Below the pieces are notes generated by a model. It ran no database searches and was not told the DNA's origin. It saw nothing but the letters and a program-made list of their open reading frames with translations. A stretch of DNA of 57,918 bases, filler included, from Basidiobolus ranarum (taxonomy: Eukaryota), in NCBI GenBank assembly GCA_040143965.1. It is 6 parts of 6 records of this genome, joined end to end, with 100 filler letters (N's around TTAATTAATTAA, not from the genome) between each part and the next. Parts side by side here need not be neighbours in the genome. Positions count along the whole stretch, not along the records: positions 29,028 to 38,594 come from JASJQH010000808.1; positions 38,695 to 48,260 come from JASJQH010000809.1; 4 more parts are not named here. One strand, given 5' to 3'. The translations under genes were made by a program, and so were the position numbers. Shown here piece by piece: positions 33,515-46,637 of the stretch; the stretch's first letter is position 1, and each line of letters starts with the position of its first letter.

Positions 33515-35985
33515 CAGTTAGCTTGGTTTAGACTTTGTAGACCCATTTGCAATCTATTGCTTTCCCCTGATGGTAGAGGACTTAAAACCCATGATTTATT
33601 GTTCTGAAGTGAGGAAAACTCATCAGACATTGCTTTTCCTATTTGTTTGATTCTGAACACTATACAGCTTGATCTGGAGTCTGTGGCTTGTTACAGAATG
33701 CTGCAAAAGCATATACATTGTCATTGGAAGTGTTCCACCACTTCCCTGGCTTATTTCTCCTGCTGGCTGATCTTCTGGGCCCACCATATTTTTGGCTTGA
33801 ATTTTGGTTGAATAGGGCTCAGAGAAAGCTGGAATTCTGTCAGACACTTTCTGAATAGTGCTGATTGTGTTTTCTGGATCAAGAACTGCAATTTGGGGTG
33901 AAATATTTGCTTTATCCTTAAAAGTCACATATCTGCACTTAGTTGACTACTGATTTTTGGTAGCCAACAGTCTGTAAGCCTTGATCCATCACAGTAAACA
34001 AGAAATATGCATTTTCTGCTTTTGGGTTCCAATCCACAGCATTTTGAGCTGGAATCGAGCAAGATGCTTTGCAACCAAAGACCTGAGATGTTCCACACTT
34101 GGTTTTGATCCATATAGGGCTTCAAATAGAGTAGAATTTCATAGCAATCTTGTTGGGCATCTGGTTTTGATATAGACTGCAGTGGAGACAGATTCAGGAT
34201 ATTAAATAAAGGTCATAAAGTACATTTTTCCACCTAGTGAGATGTCCTGAGTGGGCCCACATGGGTCAGAATAAATCAGGGCAAAATTTGGAGTGGTTTT
34301 AATATTTCCAGTGCTTGAAAATGGCTGTTCATGATGTGTTAAATATATGCACCCTTTGCACAGATCCTATTTAGTGTTTTTTTTCAATTTCTAAGCCTGA
34401 AAAAAGCTGATTTGGATCATTTAGAGCAGTAATTGTTCCCCACTGTTGCTTAATCTTGTATGCTCGGAATGAAATTTGTTGAATTCTAGCTTGTATAAAT
34501 TATGAGTTTTGATCGCAGTAGCTAATTTTATAGTATTCTGGTCTGTAATAGTGCATCCAGCATTGCTAAACACCAAATTGAGTCCTTGAGTTGCTGCTGG
34601 CTCACTGAGAGCAGATTTTTGTCCATATTTGGTACATAGAGTATTTCATTTAAGTGTGCAGATGATTTAGCACAATATTGTTCTAAATTTAGCACACCTG
34701 TGCCCTTACCAACTGCATCTAGTGCATAGTCCTCACAAAGGTAGACTCTCCTTGTTTGGATTTGTTTCAAGCTGGAAAACCAATCTTTCTTGTTTGACAT
34801 ATGCTGGGAAGCTCCTTTATCAATCTTCCACATTTCTGGGTTTTCTCAGTGGTTACTGAGAGGGCCAACACAAATAGATGATGCCCATTATTGTTCACTT
34901 GATTTGCTTTTTTGAATTTTAGCTTTTGGCAAAAATCCTTTTTTGCAATGTTTGAACAAATGGCCTGATTTCTTGCGATACTTGCAGATGATTGATTTTA
35001 TTTATAGGGCACCATTGTTGAAGCCTGCTGGACATCTTACAGCTCCAAAAATTGCCTGATCTGCTTTATTTTGCTGAGAATTAGTTGTCCTTAATTCCGC
35101 ATTCAAAAGCCTGGCACCAAAATATTACATTGTAAATGGCTCTGATCTTGATTCTAGGGTAATTGTGAGGTTCCCAAATTCATCTGGCAGGCTCCCAAGT
35201 AGTGTCACAACTAAGTAATCTTCACTTAGAGGTGCATAGAATCAGCATAATTTATCTTAATTGAGAATTTTTTTTGCCTCAGATATAGCCTAGTAGCTAG
35301 ACTTTTATTCTTATATAGTCCCTCAAGTGCTTCCCAAGCAGTTTAGATGTTTTTGGCTGAGTGTATTTGCCTCAATTGAGAGTCTCCAAGATATAGACAA
35401 AGTGTAGAGAGTGCTCTCCTTTGCTTCTTGTTAAATGCAAGGATAGCTTCTGGTGGTTTGTTTGACTCTTTTTCTTCTCCTGTAACAAGTCCCCAAAGGT
35501 TTTTGTCTTCTAGCACCCTTAGCTTCTTCAATTTCCAAAGGTGAAAGTTGTCACCATTTAACTTCTCTATGAATGCATAAACATTTGTAATAGGACTGGT
35601 AGACATTCCTTTAAAAGATAGCTTGAGGCTCATAACCAGATAAAAGTGTAGGGAATTTGGAAGTGCTTTGGAGAGTATTGGATTTGCAATTTAGACACTG
35701 AAGTTTGATTGATTTGTGTATGTCCTGTTTATTGTTTACTATAAATAGGACTAATGGACCTGCTTAAATCATAACAATCATGCCTGTTAAGCATGGGTGA
35801 AAATTTGAGGTGATTTGGAAAAGATTTGAGAAAATAATGAAAATTGGTAAAAGTGATCTTATTGTAATTTCTATGAATTAGAGCAATAAACACTTGTTTC
35901 TGAATGGCCAAATCAAGTGCTAAATAGTCAGAATATGAATAAGCTAACTACTAAGTAATGAGTTGCTATTTACCTAATTTCAACA
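33515..35985 (-). mobile_element. Ty1/Copia 5' half (5'LTR 35638-35985, PBS GGTTATGAGCC, gag-PR-IN-RT start), degenerate
   Basis: IEKLNGDNFHLWKLK, WKIDKGASQHM, KSRKCIFLVYC, AMSDEFSSLQNNKSWVL, KWVYKV. Confidence 0.9.
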
Positions 35986-36130
35986 TTTAACACATTCTAC
36001 ATGTTAGTTTGCTTACATCTTGACCTTACTATAAATGGCAACTTCCTACTCAATAAATCAACAAGTGAAAATCATCAATTTATGTAATTCTCCAAACCAC
36101 TTCCAGCAGCCTCACAAATACTTTGAAAAT
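35986..36130. repeat. Dispersed non-coding repeat family copy
   Basis: AACACATTCTACATGTTAGTTTG.. is the reverse complement of ~19985-20020. Also similar to 48110-48245. Confidence 0.75.
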
Positions 36131-36797
36131 TGAAACAAATGAAGTCTTACATCATGGATAATTATGGTAGTTATATATCAGTTCAAAACAGATAATGCCA
36201 GGTTTGTAACCTACTGTGATGCTAGAAAGCACAACTGCCAAAGCTTTGCATGCAGAGTTGACTGAAAATGTAGGTGGAGCATGGCAGCACATGCCTAGTG
36301 GTTCTATAGATACCCAGGTATCCACTATAAATATCTATCAATATGGGACTTGTTGATAATCTTGACTGAAGCAGGGAAAGGGGGTGTAATACAAAAGTTG
36401 AAGCTATTTATGACTCTGCTTTGATGAGAATACTACGACTTTATGCCTCAAGAGGTCTGCAAGAAAACATAGAATAAAGCTCATATGGATAGAAAGAATG
36501 ATTTGAGAGATAGGTTTTTTGATTTTGCATCTGCAAGTTACTCTTCCAGTTGTGTTTTTGCCTTTATGAACCAGTAGTAACTGTGCAGCCTAAACTTGGG
36601 GGACAAGGATGTTCTAAAGAGGTAGCTATCACTGCTCAATGAGACTTTGCAGCAACTGTTGTTTGAGGTTGCCCAGTCAAAAACAACATTTCAGGCCACC
36701 AAGGTCAGAGTGGTCAACAGAGGTTTAAAGAGAAGAGCATGACAACATATCATATCAGAAGAGATTCCAGAAGGCAAATTAGGACAGTCCAGTGAAT

Positions 36798-38594
36798 TGA
36801 TAAAAGTGTTTAGGGGATTTGGAAGTGTTTTGGACAAGATTTGGATTTGTGAATCAGACACTTAAGTTTTGTTGAATTGAATATGTCCTATTTATGGTTT
36901 ACTATGAAATAGGACTATTGGATGTGCTTAGATCATAACAAACATGCCTGTTAAGCATGGGTGAATATTTAAGGTGATTTGGAGAAGTTTTGAGAAAATA
37001 GTGAAAATTGGTAAAAGTGATCTAATTGATATTTCTATCAATTAGAGCAAGAAACAAACGTTTTTGAATGACAAAATTGAGTGCAAAATAATCAGAATAT
37101 GATTAAACTAACTACTAAATAATGAGTTGCTATGTACTTAATTTCAACATTCCCACTCAACAAATTATTTTGTATTTCTCTTAAATCTAACTTATATTTT
37201 AATAATTCAAATTGTGCTTTAGCTAAAGGTTTAGTCAAGATATCAACTATCTTTTCTCAATAGGGCAATAGACAAGCTCAATTATATCATTCTCTATTGC
37301 TTCTCTAACAAAATGATGCCTAATATCTATATGTTTTGTTCTAGCATGAAATGTAGGGTTTTTAGCTAATGAAATACAACTTTGATTATCTTCAAATACA
37401 GTAATAGCACGTTTTCACATGTATCCTAAGTCTGTAACTAACTTCTTTAACCACGTAGCTTCTTGTGTAGTAGCAGAGGCAGCCATATACTCTGCTTCTG
37501 TAGTGGAAAGTGCTACAATTGGTTGCTTCTTACTATTTCTAGTTATGGCTCCATTACCATAGAGGAAATTGTATCCATTTGTTGATGTTCTATCATCCGG
37601 ATTTCTTCCCCAGTCTGCATCACTGTAGCCTTCAAAATTTTGTGTATCAGGAGTGGCAGAGTATTCCAGAACTAGATCTACAGTTCTTCTCAAATACCTG
37701 AATATTCATTTTACTGCAGTTTTGTGCTCACATCCTGGATTTTTGAGGTATTGGCTGACAGTTCCAGTGCCACAGCGATGTCTGGACATGTTCCAACCAT
37801 TGTATACCTTGAACTACCAACCAAGGATTGATAAGGGAACTCCTGGCTTTGATTTGAGTCATTTTGGGCCAAATCAGATGAAATTTTAATTAATTTCACA
37901 TTGGGATCCATTGGTGTTGATACAGGCTTGCTATTCTCCATGTTGAAGCATTTTAGGATGTTTAGGATGTATCTAGACTGATTCAGCACAATTTTCAGAT
38001 TGGGCTTATCTCTCTTGATTTGGATTCCAAGAAAATAACTTAATTCACCCATATCAGTCATCTGAAATTGGTTTGATAAGCTGCTTTTTGTCTGATTAAG
38101 TGCTTCTAGATCATTTGTGGCTATGATTAAGTCATCCACATATAGTGCCAAGATAAGGATCCTATTTCTGACTGTTTTGATGTTAATACTGTGATCTGCT
38201 GCCACATATAGTGCCAAGATAAGGATCCTATTTCTGACTGTTTTGATGTAAATACTGTGATCTGCTGCGCATTTTGAAATCCCAGAGATTCCAAATAGGT
38301 ATCTATCTTGTTGTACCATACCCTGCATGCTTGCTTGAGTCCATGTAGCAATTTTTGCAGCTTACAGACCATATCAGGATATTTTGGGTCAACAAATCCA
38401 TCTGGTTGCTCCATATAGCTCTCTTCTTCTAGATTTCCATTCAGAAAGGCTGTTTTTACATCCATTTGATGTAGATCAAGGTTATGGACAGCTGAGAGTG
38501 GCAGGATTGATCTAAAGGAGCTATACTTAGCTACTGGAGCAAAAGTTTCATTAAAATCAATTCCTGGAGTCTGGGAATAACGTTTTGCAACTAA
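36798..38594 (-). mobile_element. Ty1/Copia 3' half (RT-RNase H, PPT, 3'LTR 36798-37149), degenerate, truncated at the linker
   Basis: MDVKTAFLNG, LYVDDL, GYSDADWG, SKKQPIVALSTTEAEYMA. Same PPT and LTR family as 33165-33514. Confidence 0.92.
38137..38268. repeat. 66-bp tandem duplication within Copia RT
   Basis: AADHSI(Y/N)IKTVRNRILILALYV is encoded twice. Confidence 0.9.
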
Positions 38595-38694
38595 NNNNNN
38601 NNNNNNNNNNNNNNNNNNNNNNNNNNNNNNNNNNNNNNTTAATTAATTAANNNNNNNNNNNNNNNNNNNNNNNNNNNNNNNNNNNNNNNNNNNN
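38595..38694. other. Artificial contig linker
   Basis: N44-TTAATTAATTAA-N44. Confidence 0.98.
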
Positions 38695-38975
38695 GTAGAG
38701 ATATCATGTTTGCGCATAATTACTCCTACTTGACCATCACATAGTAAGGTTACCGGAGCTGTACGAAGGTTATTTCCACCCAAGTCAATAGCCAAATAAA
38801 TACCGGTTTCTTTTCCGGTAGGAAGCGAGGTAACATAGGATGGAATCTGGCCTATTACTTCTGAATCCGTGTGAGAAAGACCCTTCTCCAGATCATCCAC
38901 AATGCTAGATGCGATGCTTTTTATGAGGTCGGGAGATAGTGTGAACAAGGATTCGATTTCTTGAAATTTTGACAT
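38695..38975 (-). CDS. Hexokinase family protein, 5' fragment truncated by the linker
   Basis: DLEKGL..IPSYVTSLPTGKETGIYLAIDLGGNNLR. Confidence 0.85.
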
Positions 38976-41900
38976 GATAGAAAAATAGAACGAGTGCGTT
39001 AGAGTGGATATTCTACCTTGCAGGTAGGACAACCTAACGTCTTATTTATGCTCTCTCGGGAAGAAAATGTGAACCAATTGGTTTGATATGTCAGTGTGAC
39101 GCAACCCGACGGTATGGTCGATCGAATTCAGTCTCATTTTTCAAGAAACATCATCATTTAAACAAAAAAATGAAAGGGACTTGTATGCCTTCGTCACTCA
39201 GAGCTTACCCAATCATGCCAGATTAGAGTGTAGACTCATGGGCGTTTTAAAACATAATATCATCCGATCCAAGGATTGTTGGAGCAGTCCAATAGCTGAC
39301 GACCATACGCTTTAAACCAATCTTGCATGCAATTGAACTCTTATTTCTGCGCGAGTGGGGCATTTATTTCTTATAATCGTTAGCCAATTGCAATCAAACG
39401 TGCTCACTGAGGATGAAGTTACTGTTTCTTTTTCTAACATCTCATCTCAAATCATATTCGCATTAAGCACCTCTCGCCATACATCCAGAAGCAATCGCCA
39501 ACAAGATGATCACATGAGAGGAAGTCACACAGAAATGGGCCATTCCCACTAGTCGTTGGAAGTATTTGACTTACTGGGTAATGGAGATACGGCCTCAATA
39601 TGGATTCAAACCTTTACCAGAACAAGCTACTTAACTCATGAGCGTATTGTAGATTCATCTGTTCCGGAATACTTTGTAGTGGAAGTCATTCCTAGGCAGC
39701 TGCAATGATAGCCTATTTGAAACGCCTTCTGAGCCACCAAAAGCAGGTTGAGTTTAGAGTTCTGCTTGGAAAAGCAGTAAGTATATATTGGAATTCACTT
39801 CTTTCGTCTCTTTTGCTCGCAAAGTACCTTCCTGGAGCCATAGTTTGACTTCAATGAGTTCATTTGTTAAATTTGAACGATATAGATACTCTTCACAGTA
39901 AATCGAGCCAGCAACTGGGTCATCATTTATACATTCGCCAAGAAAAGCCACAAAAGATCAACAAGGACGTCTGATTTCTCTTTCTCATGAGCATGGCAGA
40001 TCTTTTATTAAGACTGTCTGGGCTTTGAGTTTGAAGTTACTAACTTGACTTTGTATGCATTCATTGCAATGCTGCTTGATCCATCTTTAGTTAAATTAAT
40101 ATCTGCCACTTTGATGGATATAGAGGAAATGGTGATAATCCGCAATCTCGTTGATTAAGCCATTTTGATTAATTTCCAAACATAGAATGGGTCAAATGGG
40201 TCACCTCGTCTTCCCTTCTGAGAACATAGAAGATCACCGGTTAAATCATGTGGTTCCTGAAGAAGTTTGACTGGCTTATTATAGTGAACGGTAAACTTAG
40301 TATTACCTGACTTGGGAACAACCCTCACTTTGGGATCAATCAACAGGTGATATAGTGAGTACAGGTTTAGGGACACGGATGACTCGATGAAGTGAATGTT
40401 AACAAGAGCTAAAGGAATGCAGACATCTGAATCGGCCTAGAGCTGCATCAAGATCCACTTTTCCAAATTACCGGCAAGATTCGCAATCCGTTTGAGATGG
40501 CGGAGAGGCACGATATGGAACAAAGAGAGATTCATGTTTCCATTGAGGTCATGCACACAGAGCTCTGGGAATGAAAACAATCACCATAGCCTATGCAGGT
40601 CTATTAAAGAATGTTTCATCATACGCCGTATCTTGAAGTTTGTTATGGAGATAAAAGGGTAGTGGCCTGTTTCAGTCATTGGTCCTAATTACGCCTGCAA
40701 TAGAAGTTCATGGGGAACACAAAGAAGAGTTGTTGTGTGAAACAAGGTGCAACCTAAGATATTAGAAATCAAATCTCGATAGCTTATCACCAAAGAAACT
40801 CTATCAGTGGCAGTATAGATAACTCGGACAGGAAGAACGTGACTAGATCACGAGAACTAAGACTAGGGTAGTGGGTGCGTTTATACTATAGATTCTAGAC
40901 AGGTGTATTTAGTTGGACGTAAAGGCTTAGAAGAATTGTTCAGGCTTGGAAATGGGATTAGATAGATATCTAGCTTACGGTGTGTCAGATTGTTTGATGT
41001 TTCATTGAGATGGGTCTCGGAGAAATCACATCATCACCTCTCTAGCTTTTGTATACTGTTTGGTCTCTTGTTACGGGGCTTTTTTACTTACGCGACGATT
41101 ATAACTAAAGCACCATCCAATAAGCTAAGCGAGTACTTTCTTAAAACCAAGCACTGTTTTCGTAGATGTGCTCGAACAACAACATGAAAATACCCGAGAC
41201 AACAGACTGTTCCCTTTTTCACACGAATGTTGGGTGTTTCATGGAAAGCAGAGACAATCTGGCTACGAAGGTTGCTGCAGGCATGCTTTTACTAGTCCCA
41301 GACTATGGTTCGTGATGATTTGGTCGCTGGATTGTCAGCTTTAATAGTATGCGAGCTCAGATTCCAGTTGATCTCCATCAGCCATCAACCACCGATTGAG
41401 ATCAGGATCCAGAATGTTGTGCAGCAACTGAGCAGACCATAGAAGGAACTGTTTATAATCAAACCAATATATATATTACTCATCTATATCTTGGGCCACT
41501 CTGCTAATCGGGCATGGCCGTATATTTCAATCATATTTAGTCTAGGTTAATGCAGGATAGTGGATGAAAGTTTTATATATTAAGTAATCGATGTATATGA
41601 AATCGAGTTTCAAGAGCCTGGAAGAAATCGTTACAGGATTGGGTAAAACACTTTTGGTAGCTCTGGTGGGGGTTATGTATATAATTCCTTTTTATAGATC
41701 TTCTAAATCGATTCTCAAATATTGGGGATGTCGCGTAGATTGTTCATTGGTGCCCATCACTTCAACTCAGTGCTCTTCAATTATCGGTTTTGTTTGATTA
41801 ACTCGTATATTATTATTCTATGAATCAAAGTCGCATATGAATCATCAGGTGCGTAAATCCGGTTTTGATCCAATCATAGTCCATTAGGATCTCAATGAGT

Positions 41901-41989
41901 TGGGCGTATATAAGCTGATCGCGACACGCTCGCTGAAATTCAATATTCCTCAGTCCCATCTTTCCTTTCAACGATACCTTACTCACATA

Positions 41990-42427
41990 ATGCTATTGGA
42001 AATCACCTCCGCAACTGAATTTCTTTGCCGTTTAATTCCTTCTGGTCAGTTATCCACTGTGCAGGTTGATGAGCTTAAGAAACAATTAGCACAGCTAATG
42101 TCCGACAAATTTTCCTCTCATTGGGATGTTGATCAACCCTTCGTTGGAAACGCCTATCGCGCCATTTGCAACTTTGCAGGTCGAATGGATCCACTTTTAT
42201 ACTCTGCAGCAGTTCATTCTCAAGTCGAACCCTCCATCATAGAGCAATATCTTCCTAAAGACTTGGTTCTCTGGATCGATCCTTTTTCCGTTTCTTATCG
42301 CGTTGGAGACCACGGTTTGGTACGTACACTATACGAGGACCGTTCACGAGGCAAGGTCACTCTCAAGTCGCCTAGCCCAAAGGGACAAACATCTCCCAAG
42401 AAGCTTAACTATGTATTAGCAAATTGA
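41990..42427 (+). CDS. BTG/Tob family antiproliferative protein
   Basis: MLLEITSATEFL, KFSSHW...GNAYRAI (box A), LPKDLVLWIDPFSVSYRVG (box B). Confidence 0.9.
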   Translation: MLLEITSATEFLCRLIPSGQLSTVQVDELKKQLAQLMSDKFSSHWDVDQPFVGNAYRAICNFAGRMDPLLYSAAVHSQVEPSIIEQYLPKDLVLWIDPFSVSYRVGDHGLVRTLYEDRSRGKVTLKSPSPKGQTSPKKLNYVLAN

Positions 42428-45194
42428 GCTCGTCTATCTATCGGAAGCGTGTCGCCAATTTGTAATTTGTGACAGGATATAAGCTCACCATAAATCGCTT
42501 CTTTATGGTCGATTCCCTTATTGTATTAGTCTCCCGTCCCGTCCGTCCCCTCCACCTCCCTTTGTCTTTTGTGTCCGCGTCTGTAATTGTATTATCATTG
42601 TTCAATTTGCCATCACGTATCCTATCAGCATAATCATCTTGCAGATGATCACTTTCTGATAAAAAAAAGCCAAGAAAAAGTGTTAAGTTATTCCCTTACC
42701 CTCATCCTACTCCTCTTTCTTCCGCACCTTCATATGATTTCAGATTGCTCTTGTATTTTGTAAATTATAAAGATCACTTGTTATTTCTACGCGTATATCC
42801 ACAAAGAAATATTGAAATTATATCACGTGATATTCGCGTATCATGCGGCGCAGTTCCCTGATCATCATGTCAATTCATTTCATCGAAGTTCCAGAGAAAA
42901 TTTATTGGCAGGTAAAAGTGCTTTTGACGAATAGGCTTGATTTAATATCTCGTTAGGACAATACTTGATGGGCGCGCATATTTGGAGAAGCAAACTATGA
43001 AGTCAAAGATAAGTCAATGATTGGTAAGTAGTGGTGTGAGCATTATACTGTTATACTCTGAATAAATAGCAAGATGCCTACAGTAAGCAACCAATGTTGC
43101 CATACTTAGACTGAGATGATTATCCCAGTTTTGATACCAAATTTAAATAAGTCTTATCATAGCCACTAGTTTAAAAGTAATCACATCTCTTGGACATGGT
43201 GTAATGGTAAATGTACACAAATGAAGGAGTTCATTCACTTTGACCAAAGTCCAACGAGGAAGAATATTACCAAGCATTACCTTGAATAAGTCTATACATT
43301 CTGCATAATGACCAACACTGTTTTAAAGCCAGGTGTTATCCAATACCAGGAAGCATTTTGCATTGATTCTGATATTTTTGATAGTTTCTAACTGATAAGA
43401 GGCACATAATTTATAATGTACTCATGTCCATATTTCCCATGTATCACATGCGAGATATGAAAATACAAGGTGATTGGTAAAGTGCAGACATGGTTTAGTC
43501 TGCCTTGAAAAGGTTTTACCTTGTTGACCTATTGAGCGCGAGGTGTTTCAGACTGGCGTAAAATGGAATGCAGTTGAGGATGGACAGGCCATTCGTCCTT
43601 GGTACTGCATTTATTGATAAATCTTCTCCCAGCTTACGTCGTCTAAACCAGACCAGAAGTACTCCAATGTGGAGCTGAAAAGCAAACTTTGTGTCATGGT
43701 AGCAAATGCAATCATTCAATTCTCTGGTCTCAAGAATAGGAGTAAGGCAGCAGTAATACTGTGGGGCACAAACCAACGCATACTTGTGACGTGGTGCACA
43801 TTACCAGACTAGCTGTGTCCAAAAGAAAGTAACATTAAGCCCAGGGAGAAATTAATACTTCCCACAGTTAGTCACACTTCTTGGCTGACAAACTATTCGT
43901 TTGCGTAACTGGGAGCGCGTCACAGGTTGTGGTTAGTGAGGAGTGGGTTAATAAACGATAGTTGCACTAATGATCTTGCATCCGTTACAGCATACAAACA
44001 TACTAATGTGCTTTTAATCATGCAAATCCATGTATTCAATACAGAAATGCATCTTTTGGCTTCACCATCTATATTTATCGCATCCTGGGCGGTAATGGGA
44101 TTCCCATCAAAGAATGCCGATCCATCTCGTTGAATGTAAAATTCACCGTAATTAGAGATCGTGAATTCAATCGTATAATACAATATGCACGTTTCTCTGC
44201 TGATCAAACAAAAAAAAACCATCCAGGTAACATAGCAGCAGGCTTTGAGTGCACAAATCAGTTGTGAAAGGGTCCTCGGTGTGGTGACAGATCTATATAT
44301 GCTCTATTTGAGTTACCTCCAATAGGTTAATATCCTTGGCCATCCTACAGTTCAGTGGATATTCCCAGGATGTCATTGTGTGTACTCCATTGGTCGTCTG
44401 AATTGGTACTCATCGTCTACCCAAACTCGACCACCCAGCTACAAAGCATCTTGCTGAGGCCCAGGAATCAAGCGGATGATCACAGCTGTAGTAGTGGCCA
44501 CCCTACTTCGAATACACATGCTTTTGGATTCGATGGTCGGTTGTCTCCACCCCTCTAGCGGGTATCATTGCGTCTCTAGCCCTAGACAGACTTGTGTGCT
44601 GCTCGAATTCCATGGAGGAAAGCCAATCAGACTGATAGATGCTTCCATATCAGGCAAGAGATGATTTGGTGTGTGTCATGGCAAAAGTGCAACCGGTGCC
44701 GTTTCCTTCGTGGGGTTTTAGACAAGGGCACAGGCGTTTGAGGTAAGACCAAAATCCCATCCGATTGGCAAATATAAGGAAATGGAAAACATTGCATATA
44801 TAGTGGGTTATTCTCTTCTTAAGAACACCTCTGACATCAATTTATTTGGTTGCAACACTGAATTCACCACCTGGGCAGCTACAGTGTTCTTATACTTGTT
44901 TGAAGCAGGCTTTCTACATCACTCTTAAACGGGTATTGCTTGAGCACACTCCAAACAATCACCATTCAGTTGCATACGAAAAAAAACTGAAATCAGCTTT
45001 ATCATACGGATTTCCATCCCTGTGTGTCATATATAGCTCACCCTGTATATATACACCTGAGTCGACGACCATTTTTTTTCACTACGAATTGGTTCATTTC
45101 ATGCAGTCGGAGCAAAACAACAGTCAGCTTGGAGTAGTCTTGCACACTGGGACGCTTGAATTAATTGCCAACATTCATCTTAACTACTAGAACC

Positions 45195-46637
45195 ATGAGT
45201 GTAGGCTTAATACTGACATGTATTGTGACCCCATTATGGGTTCTACAGTCCTTGGGTAGTTCGATTATGTTTTGGAGAAACAGAAACACAGATTACATCA
45301 AATATCGCTCGCCTATGCTTAGTTTACTTATGGAGTTGTTTGTATGCATTATTGGTGTGATGTACATGCTCCGGTGGAGTTTGAATGGTATGATCCCTTG
45401 CTTTGTCATTGTCTGGGTAACAGAGTTCGGATATCCCGTGATATATCTCGCAATCATCGCGCGCTCCATACGCTTGCTATTTCTATACCGGTTAAGTGAA
45501 GCGAAACTAGCTGCTGCTCTAGCAAGCGGGGATGACAGAAGAGCTAAGCGCCTCAAAAAGAGGAAGTCCGAATTGCCACTTCATTTGAAGAAAAGATCCA
45601 GTGATGACTCTGGTATGGAGTTGAGAAACCTAACATATTCATCTGACCCATCCACACTTAACAACAAAGCTGTCCAGGTGACACTCCCGCTTGAGCAGAG
45701 TTGGTTCCATAAGCACCGGCATATGCTGAGTAACAATTTTCTTAACACTTCCATTGGCATTGCTTTGGCTTTCCATGTGATGGTTTTGATAGTTCTTCAA
45801 GCATTTAGTGAAAATATTGCTATAATTCCGCAAGTGGCCATGCATAATTGCTTTGCTGGCTGGGAATGGATTCCACATCAAATCTTTGTAGTTTGCTACA
45901 ATGTGATTCTCTTTGTGTTTGTTATTATGCTCCGGAATGTATCTGATGCGTATGGAATCCGCGGAGAACTGTTGTACATGAGCATTGTCAATATGTTCTT
46001 TGATATATTGTTTATCATCTATTACCATGTTCCAGTCTTCCGTACCTTTGACCCACATGATTATGCGGTAAATCTTGCCTTCGTTCCTCTCCTAACCTTC
46101 CATTATCACATGATAGTCCGTCCAGTGATGGCCACCCTCGGCTACGCCGGCCTCTCCTCATTCATTTTTCGACGTAACCGGGTCATCTCCGACTCTAGTA
46201 TTAATTCATACCCTCTCACTGCGACAAAAGTGTCATTTGAGCAAGTGATGGAAAGCTCCACTCTGTGGGAGCAGTTCAAGTTGTTTGCGGTTCAAGATTT
46301 CACTGTGGAGAATGTGTTGTTTTTCGAAAGATGTCGAAAACTGAAGTACGACTGGATGACCGAAGATGAAACTCAGTCCAAGGTGGATAACATGGAGATA
46401 GAGATACAGGATGTATATAATACCTTTATCGCACCTAACGCACGTTTCATGGTAAACCTTAACGGCAAAACTCGAAGACTCATCCTAGAGTGCTTGAAGC
46501 AACGGAACTTTAGTGTAGATATTTTCGAAAGAGCATTGGATGAAGTAGCCGAGCTCATGTTCAGAAACACTTACCCTAGGTTCTTGCAATCACGACGAAA
46601 CACTTATTTGAAATGGGAAGATGTTGGCAGCGTATAA
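45195..46637 (+). CDS. Second 7TM-RGS protein (paralog of 25149-26573)
   Basis: IKYRSP, PCFVIVW, RLLFLYRLSEAKL, GWEWIPH, DAYGIRGEL, FKLFAVQDFTVENVLFFERC, LMFRNTYPRFL. Confidence 0.88.
   Translation: MSVGLILTCIVTPLWVLQSLGSSIMFWRNRNTDYIKYRSPMLSLLMELFVCIIGVMYMLRWSLNGMIPCFVIVWVTEFGYPVIYLAIIARSIRLLFLYRLSEAKLAAALASGDDRRAKRLKKRKSELPLHLKKRSSDDSGMELRNLTYSSDPSTLNNKAVQVTLPLEQSWFHKHRHMLSNNFLNTSIGIALAFHVMVLIVLQAFSENIAIIPQVAMHNCFAGWEWIPHQIFVVCYNVILFVFVIMLRNVSDAYGIRGELLYMSIVNMFFDILFIIYYHVPVFRTFDPHDYAVNLAFVPLLTFHYHMIVRPVMATLGYAGLSSFIFRRNRVISDSSINSYPLTATKVSFEQVMESSTLWEQFKLFAVQDFTVENVLFFERCRKLKYDWMTEDETQSKVDNMEIEIQDVYNTFIAPNARFMVNLNGKTRRLILECLKQRNFSVDIFERALDEVAELMFRNTYPRFLQSRRNTYLKWEDVGSV

Noticed and set aside
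39100-41900. Short ORFs between hexokinase and BTG (similar ones at 43500-44700, 47200-47500, 54000-55900)
   Set aside because: No motifs or consistent splice pattern; treated as intergenic or unrecognisably decayed.
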